From a bacterium (GTDB lineage: Bacteria > UBA8248 > JACPRG01 > G963555815), in the NCBI GenBank assembly GCA_965261595.1, contig CBDHDG010000005.1, positions 480,001 through 544,000 of the forward strand: a stretch of DNA of 64,000 nt. The letters are read 5' to 3'. A program made the translations under genes and the position numbers. Below are positions 41,992 to 52,284 of the stretch, one piece after another. Position 1 is the first letter of the stretch. Each line of letters opens with the position of its first letter. The notes beneath the pieces are model-generated. The model was not told the origin of the DNA and ran no database searches. It was given only the letters and a program-made list of their open reading frames with translations.

Positions 41992-43434
41992 GAGGGTGTC
42001 CCGAATTCAGTTGAAGGTTTGAGGCGGCGGTCCGTGTGTGGTTCACCTTATGCGACCTCCTCTCGGGTGTCAAAGCGGGGCTCGTCCAGAACGGCCTTCA
42101 GGATCCACAGGTCCCGGTAGCCGTCCAGGCGACGGAAGTTCTTCTCGGTGGCGAGGAAGGCGGAAGCGGCCCACCTTTTCACCATCGCCCCGTCCCGCCA
42201 GCGGCCGACGCGCCGGGTGCGCATCCGCACCCCCGAACAGGGACTCTCGATCAGGTTCGTGCTCACCAGGCAGCGCCGAAGGCCGGGCGGAAGAGCCAAG
42301 CGGTTGACGGTGAAGATCTCCTCCAGACCCTCCAAAAGGCTGGCGGCCGCGTCCGGATGCTCGATCTGAAGCCACCGGGCCTGCTTGCGCAGACGGGCAA
42401 TCCCCTCCTTCGGCGCCAGCCGCCAGGCCGCCTTCATCGTCGCCTTCACCGGATCCTTCAACTCCTCTGGCAGGTGGTCCATCACGTTCTTCACCTTGTG
42501 GTTGCGGCACCGCTGCACCGGATTGTCGTCCCCGTACACCCGGTCAATCGCCGCACGAAGCGCCCTCGAGCCGTCGATGACAAAAAGCCGACGCCGCCCG
42601 GGCCGCACGCCGCGCTCCACCAACTCCTCAAGAAGCGCCGTCACGACCGTGGCGTTCTCGGTGGCGCCCGACCTCAGGCCCAGAACGTGCTTTTGGCCCC
42701 GTGTGTCCACCCCAACGGCCACGATGACGTGATGCGCGCCGAAGCGCAGACCGTCCAGGTAGAGGATGAGGAGGTCGATGTCGTCAAAACGCCGCTCACA
42801 AAGACGCCGCAGCTTCGCCTCGGCCGCCTCGATGCTCTCCCGGCTCACGGCCGACTTCGACACCCCCACCGTCTCGGCCAGCTCGGGAAGAACGGCCGCG
42901 TAGTTCCGCGTCGAGACCCCTCGCATCAGCAAATCCAGCATCCGCTCCCCCAGCCCGGGGTCGGCCTGCATGGCCGCATACGCCGGCACCTCCACCTCCC
43001 CGCCCCGACCCTGGCCCCGGCGGCGAAGCCGCGGCTTTCTCACCTTCAGCTTGCGCCCCTTCAGGGTCACCCGGCCCCCCTGGCTGCCGTGCCGGCGGAC
43101 CTCGCCACCCCGCTTGCCTGGATGCGGCGCGCCCGTCAAGCCCTTGGCCGACAGCAAAAGCACGGCCTCCAGGCCCGCCCGGCCCATGACGTCCATCAGG
43201 TCCTCCACCGCCAGTTGGGACTGCTCCACCAGCGACACCAGAGGAAAAAACGCCTGCCCGTGCTCCGCCACAAAGGCGGCCAACCTTTGGGTCTCTTTCT
43301 TCTCGATGATCTGGTAAGCTTCACTCATGGCGGTTCCTCCTCTTTGAATGTTTGCCAACCCGATTCTAACCGAGTCGGCAGGAGTGAACCGCCACCTCTT
43401 TTTCTCAACCTTCAACTATGAATGGGACAGGCTC
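41992..43434 (-). mobile_element. IS256-family element
   Basis: TIRs GAGGGTGTCCCGAATTCAGTTGAAGGTT and (reverse complement) GAGCCTGTCCCATTCATAGTTGAAGGTT; 8-bp TSD AAGGTGAG. Confidence 0.95.
42048..43328 (-). CDS. IS256-family transposase
   Basis: GVSTRNY, YLDG, VIDG, QRCRNHK, STNLIES. Confidence 0.95.
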   Translation of the reverse strand: MSEAYQIIEKKETQRLAAFVAEHGQAFFPLVSLVEQSQLAVEDLMDVMGRAGLEAVLLLSAKGLTGAPHPGKRGGEVRRHGSQGGRVTLKGRKLKVRKPRLRRRGQGRGGEVEVPAYAAMQADPGLGERMLDLLMRGVSTRNYAAVLPELAETVGVSKSAVSRESIEAAEAKLRRLCERRFDDIDLLILYLDGLRFGAHHVIVAVGVDTRGQKHVLGLRSGATENATVVTALLEELVERGVRPGRRRLFVIDGSRALRAAIDRVYGDDNPVQRCRNHKVKNVMDHLPEELKDPVKATMKAAWRLAPKEGIARLRKQARWLQIEHPDAAASLLEGLEEIFTVNRLALPPGLRRCLVSTNLIESPCSGVRMRTRRVGRWRDGAMVKRWAASAFLATEKNFRRLDGYRDLWILKAVLDEPRFDTREEVA

Positions 43435-43696
43435 AAGGTGAGCGCGCGGGATAAGTGCAAGCTGAAAAAGGCTTAGCAGGCGCGTAAAGAAAAAAGTCGG
43501 ATTTTACATTTCAATCTTAATGCGCTGGAAGGTATTGGGGCGTCCTTTGGACGCCCCAATTCGTAAGCGTCTTGTGGAAAAGGAAGGCGTGGGCCGCATG
43601 GGGCCTTGGTGCGGTCGAAAATCTTTGAGAATGGTAAACCCGATCCGTCTCTCCGAATCGTCCGGCCGCGGAGGTCCGCTCAGCCCGTCCCGCGGC

Positions 43697-44509
43697 TCAA
43701 CTTGCCATAAAGGCCCGGATCTCCGCCTCGGAGATCTTCTCCCGCGTGATGCCGTGCTCCTTGTCCCATTCGGGGGAGGGGATGTGCGCGCCGGTCAGCT
43801 CGGGCGTTTCGCAGACGAGATGCCGAAAGGAATCCGCCACCCATTCGGTCCGCCGCATGCCCCCCGGGAAGCTCACCAGCCGTTCCACGTCTGTGTTGAA
43901 GGATTTCTGCATGTCGTTGAGCGTGGGGCCCGGGGCGAGGGTGTTGAAGCGGACGGCGTAGGGCTTCATCTGCATGGCCATGGAATGATTGAATCCTTCC
44001 ACCGCCCACTTGGAGACCGCGTAGGGGACGTTCACGGCGTTTCGCGATCTGGCCGTCCCGGCGGCCGAGGAGATCGTAATGACGTGTCCGGAGCGGCGCG
44101 CCGTCATGGCGGGCAGGACGGCCTGAGTCACCAGGAAGACGCCCTTGACGTTGGTTGCCATGACGGTCTCCCATTCGGTTTCCTCCACGTCCACCAGCAG
44201 CGCGGTCGAACTGTGGACGCCCGCGTTGTTGACGAGGATGTCAATCCTCCCGAACGCTTCCATCATCCCGCCCGCGAGGTCCCGGGCCTGATCCCGCTTC
44301 GTCACGTCGCAGGGGATGACGACGGCCTCCCCGCCGCCGGAGCGGATCTCCTCCGCGACGGCTTCCAGATTCCTCACGTTCCGGCCGGAGACCGCGACGC
44401 GCGCGCCCTCACCGGCGAGGGTCAGCGCCAGGACGCGGCCGATCCCCCGGCCCGCGCCGGTGACAACGGCCGCCTGCTCCAGAAGACGCTTGGGTTGTGA
44501 TGGATTCAT
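43697..44509 (-). CDS. SDR family oxidoreductase
   Basis: TGAGRGIG, NNAG, YAVSK. Confidence 0.93.
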   Translation of the reverse strand: MNPSQPKRLLEQAAVVTGAGRGIGRVLALTLAGEGARVAVSGRNVRNLEAVAEEIRSGGGEAVVIPCDVTKRDQARDLAGGMMEAFGRIDILVNNAGVHSSTALLVDVEETEWETVMATNVKGVFLVTQAVLPAMTARRSGHVITISSAAGTARSRNAVNVPYAVSKWAVEGFNHSMAMQMKPYAVRFNTLAPGPTLNDMQKSFNTDVERLVSFPGGMRRTEWVADSFRHLVCETPELTGAHIPSPEWDKEHGITREKISEAEIRAFMAS

Positions 44510-44802
44510 TTCGCTTTCGGCTCCGGGCGCGTGAATCCGGCGGAAGAGGAAGGGGGCGAAGCCTGCATTCTAGCAGCAGCCCGATGGGGAGAGGGGCCGT
44601 TCTTCGGTCTGGGTTGCGCCATAAGCGGTGGGCGGATCATCGAAGCAAAGGTCAAAGCCCCTCTCCCTCCCCCTCTCCCGTCAGGGTGTTGGGTTACAAT
44701 ATGGTCATGGAACGCGCGCCTTGCGCGATTCACGGGGGAGGAACGTGAAGGCCCGAAACCCCCTGAATCATGGATTCACATCTTGACTCCAGGGAGACCG
44801 CC

Positions 44803-45531
44803 ATGGCCGGGCCGGAAGACTTGAAACCCCTTTCGGGAGATTGGAGCGCCGCCCTCGCCATCATCGCGCATCCCGACGACATGGAGTTCGGGGCGGCCGC
44901 CGCCGTCGCGCGGTGGACCGCTGAGGGGAAGCGGGTGTGCTATCTCCTCGTGACGCGGGGAGAGGCGGGGATCGACTCCATGCCCCCGGAAGAAGTGGGG
45001 CCTCTCCGGGAAGAGGAAGAGCGGAAAGGGGCGGTTCTTGTGGGCGTGGATGAAGTCGAGTTCCTCGACTACCGGGACGGGACCGTTGAATACGGCCTCC
45101 CCTTGAGGCGGGATTTCGCCCGCGCCATCCGGCGGCATCGGCCGGACCTCCTCATCACCCTGTCCCATCACCTCACCTGGGAAAACGGCCCCCTCAACAT
45201 GGCCGATCACCGCTGGGTGGGCCTGGCCGTGATGGACGCGGCCCGGGACGCGGGTAACCGGTGGATCTTTCCCGAGCTTCTCTCGGAAGGCCTCGAGCCC
45301 TGGAGCGGCGTGAAGCGGGTCTGCGTAAGCGGCTCTCCTCACCCGACGCACTCGGTGGACGTGACGGATTTCATCGAAAAGGGCATCGCGTCCCTGGAAG
45401 AGCACCGGCTCTATCTGGAAAACCTTCCTGAGGGGTCCGATTTCGTCTCATCCGTCCGCGCCCAGGCCGCCGAGACGGGCAGGCGTACGGGGCGCCGGTA
45501 CGCGGTGTCTTTCGAGGTCATCGACATCTGA
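44803..45531 (+). CDS. PIG-L family deacetylase
   Basis: AHPDD, TRGEAG, DH motifs. Confidence 0.92.
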   Translation: MAGPEDLKPLSGDWSAALAIIAHPDDMEFGAAAAVARWTAEGKRVCYLLVTRGEAGIDSMPPEEVGPLREEEERKGAVLVGVDEVEFLDYRDGTVEYGLPLRRDFARAIRRHRPDLLITLSHHLTWENGPLNMADHRWVGLAVMDAARDAGNRWIFPELLSEGLEPWSGVKRVCVSGSPHPTHSVDVTDFIEKGIASLEEHRLYLENLPEGSDFVSSVRAQAAETGRRTGRRYAVSFEVIDI

Positions 45532-45555
45532 GACCCCGCCCCCTTCCGCAATCCG

Positions 45556-46932
45556 CTAGTCCCCGGCCCCCGGTTTTCGAACCAATGCCCATAGATCGGG
45601 CGCCTTCTCGACCCCCGGCACGCCGGGCGAATCCGCGAAGGGCTCTCCGAAGGGACGGGTCGCGTCCAACCCCATCACGGCCGAGTAGCTCGGCCCCGGT
45701 GACGATGGATCCTCGGGCGCCGCGCTGACGCCCGGGACGACGACGGTGTCCCGGTCCGCCTGAAATCGCGTGCTCAGCGCCCATAGCACTTTCGCGTCGT
45801 TGAAGATATCGATGTCCGCGTCCGTCACGATGACCAGCTTGGGCCGCTTGGCGCTTCCCAGGGCCGCGAGGATGACGTTCTTGGGCTGTCCTTTGTAGCG
45901 CGGGGTCATGGAGATGTAACAGTGGTATTCGGAGCTGGCGGAAGTCGGGAAATGAACGGCCTTCACCTCGGGAAACTTGGCCTTGAGCTCCCGGTAGACG
46001 CTGACCTCGTTGGAAAGCTGCTTGATAAAATCATTTTCCGAGCTCGGCGTTCCGGAAAGGCAGGCGTGGAAGACGGGCGAAGCCCGGTGCGTTATGGCGG
46101 TCACTTCGATGATCGGTTTGTCGGCGACGGGCGCCAGGTATCCGCAAAACTCGTTGAACGGGCCTTGGGGCTCCCGGTGGTTGGGCAGCACCCGTCCCTC
46201 GAAGACGATCTCGCTCGTGGCCGGAACTTTCAGGTCCACGGTCCGGCACTGGACGACCTCGACCGGTTTTCCCCGAAGCCCCCCGGCCACGGCCAGCTCG
46301 TCGAGACCGTAAGGCACCTTGGCGGCGGCGGCCAGCAGGATGACCGGGTCGACGCCCAACGCCACGGCTATTTCGAGGGGCTGTCCCTTCCTCTCCGCCT
46401 TCATGAACTGGTGGTACGCGTCCTGAAAGCGGGCCGCTTCAAACCCCAGGCGGTTGCGTCCCTTGAGCTGCATGATATAGATGGCCGCGTTCCTGCTCCC
46501 GGTCTCGGGGTCTTTGGAGATGTGGACCCCGTGGACGATGTAGGGCCCGCCCTCCCCGCTGTAATACGTGGGAATCGGCAGCCGGTTCAGGTCGACTTCC
46601 GCCCCTTCCAGGACGACCTCCTGGCAGGGGGCTTCAGCCGCCGCGACGGGCTCGATCGGGTTGTCGATTCCGGCCATGAAGCGGTCGTGGGCCTCATCGG
46701 GGGAGCACCCCAAAACCTGGAGGATCCGTTCCCGCGAGTTGAACTGGGCGCCCGCCACCGGCATGTCGTATCCCTTGACTTGCTCGAAATACAAGGCGGG
46801 GCCTTCCTCGTCGCAGGACTTCCGGATGTAGGAGGCGATCTCGTGAACCACGTCCACGGGCGTCGAGACCCGGGCGAGGACGCCTTTTTCTTCAAGGAAT
46901 CTCAGGAAATCCCTGGGGCCGTCAAAGGGCAT
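45556..46932 (-). CDS. UbiD family protein with atypical catalytic residues
   Basis: DLNRLPIP, GGPY, DELAVAGGL, VPATSEIVFEG, VLWALSTR. Confidence 0.9.
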   Translation of the reverse strand: MPFDGPRDFLRFLEEKGVLARVSTPVDVVHEIASYIRKSCDEEGPALYFEQVKGYDMPVAGAQFNSRERILQVLGCSPDEAHDRFMAGIDNPIEPVAAAEAPCQEVVLEGAEVDLNRLPIPTYYSGEGGPYIVHGVHISKDPETGSRNAAIYIMQLKGRNRLGFEAARFQDAYHQFMKAERKGQPLEIAVALGVDPVILLAAAAKVPYGLDELAVAGGLRGKPVEVVQCRTVDLKVPATSEIVFEGRVLPNHREPQGPFNEFCGYLAPVADKPIIEVTAITHRASPVFHACLSGTPSSENDFIKQLSNEVSVYRELKAKFPEVKAVHFPTSASSEYHCYISMTPRYKGQPKNVILAALGSAKRPKLVIVTDADIDIFNDAKVLWALSTRFQADRDTVVVPGVSAAPEDPSSPGPSYSAVMGLDATRPFGEPFADSPGVPGVEKAPDLWALVRKPGAGD

Positions 46933-47263
46933 CTTTCAGTCCTCTCTCGAAATCGTCCCGACCGGTTTGAACGCCCCGGCCTTTGAATTCGTTGCGTGAT
47001 TGAGGCCCCGGTTCTTCGCGCACCCTCAATGACGCGAATCCGGGAACGATTTTGTATTCCAGACGCATATCTCACACCGAAAACTTGGGGTCAAGGGCTG
47101 AGTCTTGAAATCGTCTGATGGGCGGATTGGGATTCCGTATAGAATGGATGGAATGTACGCTCAGCGCGTGGGGCCGGCAGCCGGCCGTTGAAGTCATGAA
47201 CCCCCATCCGGGATTCACGGCCCGACCCGACGATGCGCATCCAGGGAGGCTCGATTGAAAAGT

Positions 47264-48076
47264 ATGACAAGGCCGGCCAAATGGATTGCGATTTGTTGCA
47301 TCATTCTGGGCGTATCGGTTGTCGTCGTCGCGTCCAGGGTCTCCCCGCCGCGGCGGGGAGCGATAGCGCTGAACCTGGAAGACCCGGGAGTTCCTCGCGA
47401 GATCGGCGGCGGCCTGGACGCGATGATGGAGGTCTCCGCCGGCTGGTTCATCATGGGGAGCGACGGGGGGCGCGATAACGAGAAGCCGCGGCGTCGGGTT
47501 TACCTGGACGCCTTCTACATCGACAAATATCCGGTGACAAACAGCCGATTCCGGAAATTCGGCAAGCCCAAGAAGGATTACGGCGCGAAGTTCAACGGCC
47601 CCCGCCAGCCGGTGGTCGGTGTGGACTGGTTCCAGGCCCGGGACTACTGTAAATCCGCCGGCAGGCGATTGCCGACGGAGGCGGAGTGGGAGAAAGCGGC
47701 AAGGGGAGTGGACGGCCGGAAATATCCCTGGGGGAATGAATGGGAAAAATCCAGGGTGATTCGGGAGAAGAACAGCGGGCGGAGGACGCATCCCGTGGAC
47801 CGGACGGCCAACACCCACCGGAGCCCTTACGGCGTGGTGGACATGGTTGGAAACGTCTGGGAGTGGTTGTCGGACTGGTACGGCGAGGATTACTTCCGAA
47901 ACGCCCCGAACCGGAACCCGAAAGGCCCTCCGTCCGGTAAAAGCCGCATGTTGCGCGGCGCCGGCTGGTACTTCAACAAGGCCGCCGAATTCAGAATTGC
48001 CTTCCGAGGCAGACACAATCCGGATAGCTGGAACGAAAACAGGTCCTTCCGTTCCGCGAAAGATCCCGAAGGTTAG
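47264..48076 (+). CDS. Membrane-anchored FGE-sulfatase (SUMF1) domain protein
   Basis: FIMGS, RLPTEAEWEKAARG, DMVGNVWEW. Confidence 0.9.
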   Translation: MTRPAKWIAICCIILGVSVVVVASRVSPPRRGAIALNLEDPGVPREIGGGLDAMMEVSAGWFIMGSDGGRDNEKPRRRVYLDAFYIDKYPVTNSRFRKFGKPKKDYGAKFNGPRQPVVGVDWFQARDYCKSAGRRLPTEAEWEKAARGVDGRKYPWGNEWEKSRVIREKNSGRRTHPVDRTANTHRSPYGVVDMVGNVWEWLSDWYGEDYFRNAPNRNPKGPPSGKSRMLRGAGWYFNKAAEFRIAFRGRHNPDSWNENRSFRSAKDPEG

Positions 48077-48147
48077 CCGCCTGAATTCAATGGAGTTGAT
48101 TTCCTATCCTTTTGCTGCGGACCGGCCAACCGCATTTCGCGTCGACG

Positions 48148-48169
48148 GTGTACACGTATACGTGTACAC
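48148..48169. promoter_or_regulatory. Perfect 22-bp palindrome, probable HicB operator
   Basis: GTGTACACGTATACGTGTACAC. Confidence 0.6.
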
Positions 48170-48235
48170 TGGCACGCGGAGATTCACGAAAAACCGGCTC
48201 GGGCGATTCTTCGATGGGCCAAAGGGAAAAACTGA
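48170..48235 (+). pseudogene. HicA toxin 3' remnant
   Basis: WHAEIHEKPARAILRWAKGKN* directly before hicB. Confidence 0.55.
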
Positions 48236-48237
48236 CC

Positions 48238-48657
48238 ATGCGCTTCTACGGCAGGGTGTATAAAGATGGCGCGTTTTGGCTTGCCGAGGCGCCGATTCTC
48301 GACGCGATGACACAGGGCCGCACGCGAAAGGAAGCCTTGTCCATGGTCGAGGACTTAATCGAGACCTTGGCCGGCCGCCCGGGGTTTTCAGTGAAGGCGC
48401 ACCCGGGCAAGGACGGCGATTTCGAAGTGAGCTCGTCCGATACGCGTGGCATGATCAGCCTGTTGCTGCGGCGGCAACGTGAACGGAGCGGTCTGTCATT
48501 GGCCGAAGCCGCCGAGCGTTTGGGTGCCAAGTCGCGCAATGCTTATTCCCGTTACGAGCGCGGGACATCCGTTCCGACCTTGGAGAAGCTGAACGAGCTG
48601 CTCCAGGCCGTTTCCCCCGGTCGAGATTTTGTCATCGATCAGAGTGTTGTGGTCTGA
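48238..48657 (+). CDS. HicB-family antitoxin with XRE HTH
   Basis: DAMTQGRTRKEAL; GLSLAEAAERLG...YERG. Confidence 0.85.
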   Translation: MRFYGRVYKDGAFWLAEAPILDAMTQGRTRKEALSMVEDLIETLAGRPGFSVKAHPGKDGDFEVSSSDTRGMISLLLRRQRERSGLSLAEAAERLGAKSRNAYSRYERGTSVPTLEKLNELLQAVSPGRDFVIDQSVVV

Positions 48658-48808
48658 TCCCCGTCCGGTTCAACCTCCGGGCGCCCGCCTGACACGGGCA
48701 GACTTTGAGGTCAGCGTGGAGCTGGAAATCGTGTCTGCCCCCATTAATGACCGGCGGTTTCTTTTTTGAAGTTCCGGGCAAACGGAAGGGAAGCTGCCCT
48801 GGGAATTC

Positions 48809-49222
48809 TCACCCGTGTCTGGCGCTCAAGCGGCAGGTCAGGCCGGGAAGGTCGCGGGCCGAGGTTTCTTTCCCCACGACCCTCGGTGTATAGAGTGCGC
48901 AATATTTCTTCATGATTCCGGTGACGCGGGCGATCTCCATGAATTGCCCTTCCACCAGCTTGTGCATGAGGCGGTTGAGCGAGTCAATCCATTTTCCGAG
49001 CTTGGGATCGGATTGGAAATTGACACCGGGGTCGAACGTGAACAGCCGGATGCCACTCAAATCTGCGGGGGGCCAATCGCTCAGGGCGTCTCTCTTCAGC
49101 TGAAGGTCCTGGGCTGTCGTTTCAGCTGAGGGAAACTCCCCTTTGCGAATTTGATCCGCCAGTTCTTCAATCCTTTGCCCCCAAGCTGGGTCAGTCACAC
49201 GTTTCACTCCGATTTCAGGCAT
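48809..49222 (-). CDS. Hypothetical protein, possibly a gene remnant
   Basis: Protein-like 137-aa ORF with no recognised motif. Confidence 0.35.
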   Translation of the reverse strand: MPEIGVKRVTDPAWGQRIEELADQIRKGEFPSAETTAQDLQLKRDALSDWPPADLSGIRLFTFDPGVNFQSDPKLGKWIDSLNRLMHKLVEGQFMEIARVTGIMKKYCALYTPRVVGKETSARDLPGLTCRLSARHG

Positions 49223-49666
49223 ATGCTTTCAGACCAATATCCCATAAAGACATCACAGGACCAATTCCTTTCGATGAACTTCGACAAGATTTTCGGCCCC
49301 CCCCTCCTTCCGGCGAAAGACTCGCCTCTACATCGCAGGGTCTCCTGACCACCTTTCCAATCTCCCGCCAAAGGCCGGACGCTTCTTATCGGACCCTCTC
49401 CGCGAGAAAGGTCATACATTTCCAAATGAGCAATTCCTGATAAAATGAACCCTTCGCGATGGAAGAGCTGGGAGAGAGGCATTCGTCCCACGCGTCATCT
49501 TTCTGGGAGATGGGCCGCGCGGTGATCTCCGTTTCGACCTGGGTCCTCTTTGCGGGGCAGGTCCATTGTCGTCGGCTTTCGCGCAGCTTTCTGAGTTCCT
49601 GAAGCCGATTGAAATGGGAAATGCCGGTAAGAACAGAATAGGTTTTTTATGAGGGGGAACTTCTGA

Positions 49667-50269
49667 ATGACCACAACCGATCCCCGTCTGACGGGGAGGA
49701 CATTGAATCTGCCCATCTACCGCCGGGCGTGTGAGTTGTGGAAGGGAAACCAAACAGTCTCTCGCGCTCTGGTGTTTCTTGGCGCGAAGCTGGCGGATGC
49801 GAATCATTTCTGTAACCGGCTGGCCAGGCAGACGGACGAGATCAATTCCTCCAATCAGCCGGTGGGCCCGGGCAGATGGCGAACGGTCTCTCGCGAGGCC
49901 GACGCCTTCATCTTTGCCGTCTACGGGGCTTTGGACGCCTACACCCAGGTGGCTGCGCGGGTCGCGGGGGTCGCGACCGACCGGGAGATCAAATTCCCAC
50001 AACTCTCCCGCCTCTTGGCAGAGGAGAGCCGGACTCCCGTCCGGTGGGTCGCGCTTCGGGAATGGATGGAGAGAACCTACCGCGCCCGCTGGTTTGTCGC
50101 GCTTCGCAGGATGCGAAACGAGGTCAACTACCGAAGTGTCCTCCCCTACCCCCTCAAGCAGCCACTCCGGATGCGTGGGCCCCTCGATTGGCCGGCAACC
50201 TACAAGAACGTCATCCATTGCGTTGAAACTGGACTCGGTTACCTGGTGAACGTCAAGCAATCCTTATAA
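49667..50269 (+). CDS. Hypothetical protein, HEPN-like
   Basis: GAGGGGG RBS; DAFIFAVYGALD...LRRMRNEVNYR. Confidence 0.55.
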   Translation: MTTTDPRLTGRTLNLPIYRRACELWKGNQTVSRALVFLGAKLADANHFCNRLARQTDEINSSNQPVGPGRWRTVSREADAFIFAVYGALDAYTQVAARVAGVATDREIKFPQLSRLLAEESRTPVRWVALREWMERTYRARWFVALRRMRNEVNYRSVLPYPLKQPLRMRGPLDWPATYKNVIHCVETGLGYLVNVKQSL

Positions 50270-50296
50270 GCAGCCGTTTAGGCGGCTCATTGCTGT

Positions 50297-50866
50297 ATGG
50301 CGAAACGCATGAACCAGACCCTCTCTGCCCAATGGGTCCCTCATTTCAAGGACCGCTTTGTCGTCCTGGTTCTGGACAACGAAGTGACGGTCGACCCGTT
50401 CGTGACCCATCCCCCGCTGCCGTGGATTCGGATGGTCGAGCGGGAGGGTGCGTACCGCGTCCCTTCCGGTTATCCCACCAAGCTGACTTCAGAGCAGGCG
50501 GAACGGGAGAGGTTGAACTGGGACCAGGTCTCGCATCCTGCCATCCTTCAGGCGCTGAACGATTTAGGGGACGGGGTGGACTATGTCGTCTTCGGGAACA
50601 ACGCCGCTCAGGGTTTCCCTCTCGCCCAACGGCTTCCTTCCCACTGGCGAGCGGAAAAAGCCGCCGTCCTCTATGTAAGCAGCCTCCCTGAGCAGGAGAC
50701 ATACGAGGCGGAGGGGCGCCGGACCTTCCGCGCCCGGAGCGACTGGATCGCCCACGTGAGGCCCCTGGCCGAGTCGGCGGGAAAACCCCTCGCTCTGGCG
50801 TTCATCAACACCATCCAGCACACCGAAGCCAACTTTCATGTCCCCTGGACCGGCAGGTCGGGTTGA
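50297..50866 (+). CDS. Hypothetical protein
   Basis: 189-aa protein-like ORF (VVFGNNAAQG, LAFINTIQH). Confidence 0.6.
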   Translation: MAKRMNQTLSAQWVPHFKDRFVVLVLDNEVTVDPFVTHPPLPWIRMVEREGAYRVPSGYPTKLTSEQAERERLNWDQVSHPAILQALNDLGDGVDYVVFGNNAAQGFPLAQRLPSHWRAEKAAVLYVSSLPEQETYEAEGRRTFRARSDWIAHVRPLAESAGKPLALAFINTIQHTEANFHVPWTGRSG

Positions 50867-50897
50867 TGGGAAATCCTGGTTGATGGGAGAGACGCCA

Positions 50898-51071
50898 ATG
50901 CGGGAAGATCTGGAGGACGCGCTCGATCTTTATGAAGGAATGAACGAGGCCGGCCGCAAGCACTGGCGCGAGCGCGCAGCGTCTTCTATCTCCTTCCAGA
51001 GCGAAGAAGAACGGAAGCTCTTTTTGGATAACCTCGACCGCATCGACCGGGACGAAGAGCGCGAGGAGTGA
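50898..51071 (+). CDS. Small acidic hypothetical protein
   Basis: GGGAG RBS, 57 aa. Confidence 0.45.
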   Translation: MREDLEDALDLYEGMNEAGRKHWRERAASSISFQSEEERKLFLDNLDRIDRDEEREE

Positions 51072-51126
51072 GCGAATCGCCTTACGCACGAGCGAAAGCG
51101 TCGGGAACTCCCCCCCTCCCCCGCGT

Positions 51127-52284
51127 TCACCTGGTTTCTTTTTCTGAACTTTGGTGGCGGGAAAATGAGACATAGGGCCCCAGGACGCCTTTTGCGGGGG
51201 ACCAGACGACGGCCCTTCTCCCTCTCTTCCATTGGACGAGAAGAGGAGCGCGCGCGCCCAAGGGCCTGCCTGTGGTCGGATCGATTCGGAAGGGACCCAA
51301 GAGGGTCGAGCACCGAAGAGTGGAAGCGGCTTCACGCAAACGTGCGGGATTTCCCCGTCCCGCCAGCTCGAGGCATCGTGCGGCGATGAGACAGGCGGCG
51401 TAAGCCTGCGCCCCAGGATAATCGGCCGAACCACCCAAGCGGGCATTGAGCCGGTCGGCGAATTCCTCCGAGCCCAAGCCCAGATCCGGCCGATGTCCGC
51501 CTTCCACTTCCCACTGACTCGGGCCCAGGAACCCCTCCGCGCTTTGACCCAGCGCTTCACCGAAGGCCGACGCCCCAGCCGCCACCAACGCGACCGCCCG
51601 CGGCTTGAGACGCACTTCCCGCAGGGCGCGTGCGAACGCCAAGTCCTCTTCGAAACGGCCCGCTCCCAGTATCAGGTCAGGCTCGAGGTCTCGAAGCTCG
51701 ACTGCAAGGCGGTTGAGGTCGATTGTGGATACGGGATAGGGTCTCTTCAAGACGACCTCGAATCCCTTCTCGACCGCCCACCTGAGCGCGCCGTCCGCGA
51801 TGGCGGCGGGGAAGCCGCCACGCGCGCCGTAGAGAAGAGCGACCCTCACGCTCGCAAGGCCGCCTTCGCGCACCCATTCGAAGACGCCGCGGAAATAGGT
51901 GCTCGCCGGCGGGGCCAACCCCACGAGGAATCGGAATCCCCGCTCGTAGAGGGTGTCCGCCGACCCTCCATGGTTCCAAAGCGGAATCTTGAAGGACTCC
52001 GCCACGAGAGTGGCGGAGAGGGTCAGCGCGCTCGAATAAGGACCGAGCAGGATTTCGACCCCTTCAGCCCTGATAAGTTTCTCGGTATTGCGGGCGGCTG
52101 GGTCGCGGGCGCTCCTGTCATCCAGAAAGAGAAGATGGGGGAGATCCTTCTCTCCACTTGGGGGGATTGAGATTCCACCTCCTTGCTTCACTTCCTCGGC
52201 CCAACACTCGATCGCGGCCCGGGCCTGTTTGCCCATGGGAGAAAAGGGACCGCTGAGGGAGAGAGACGCCCCGATTCGAAGCAT
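51127..52284 (-). CDS. LivJ/K-type periplasmic-binding-fold protein
   Basis: IGASLSLSG, DDRS, LLGPYSS. Confidence 0.85.
   Translation of the reverse strand: MLRIGASLSLSGPFSPMGKQARAAIECWAEEVKQGGGISIPPSGEKDLPHLLFLDDRSARDPAARNTEKLIRAEGVEILLGPYSSALTLSATLVAESFKIPLWNHGGSADTLYERGFRFLVGLAPPASTYFRGVFEWVREGGLASVRVALLYGARGGFPAAIADGALRWAVEKGFEVVLKRPYPVSTIDLNRLAVELRDLEPDLILGAGRFEEDLAFARALREVRLKPRAVALVAAGASAFGEALGQSAEGFLGPSQWEVEGGHRPDLGLGSEEFADRLNARLGGSADYPGAQAYAACLIAARCLELAGRGNPARLREAASTLRCSTLLGPFRIDPTTGRPLGARAPLLVQWKRGRRAVVWSPAKGVLGPYVSFSRHQSSEKETR

Larger units (their letters stand above)
40594..43476 (+). pseudogene. Exported metalloprotease-like protein, frameshift near 41330, 3' end split by IS256
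   Basis: Signal peptide; ELSHQW...YEEFAEF; excising IS256 restores FAGKVSARDKCKLKKA*. Confidence 0.6.
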
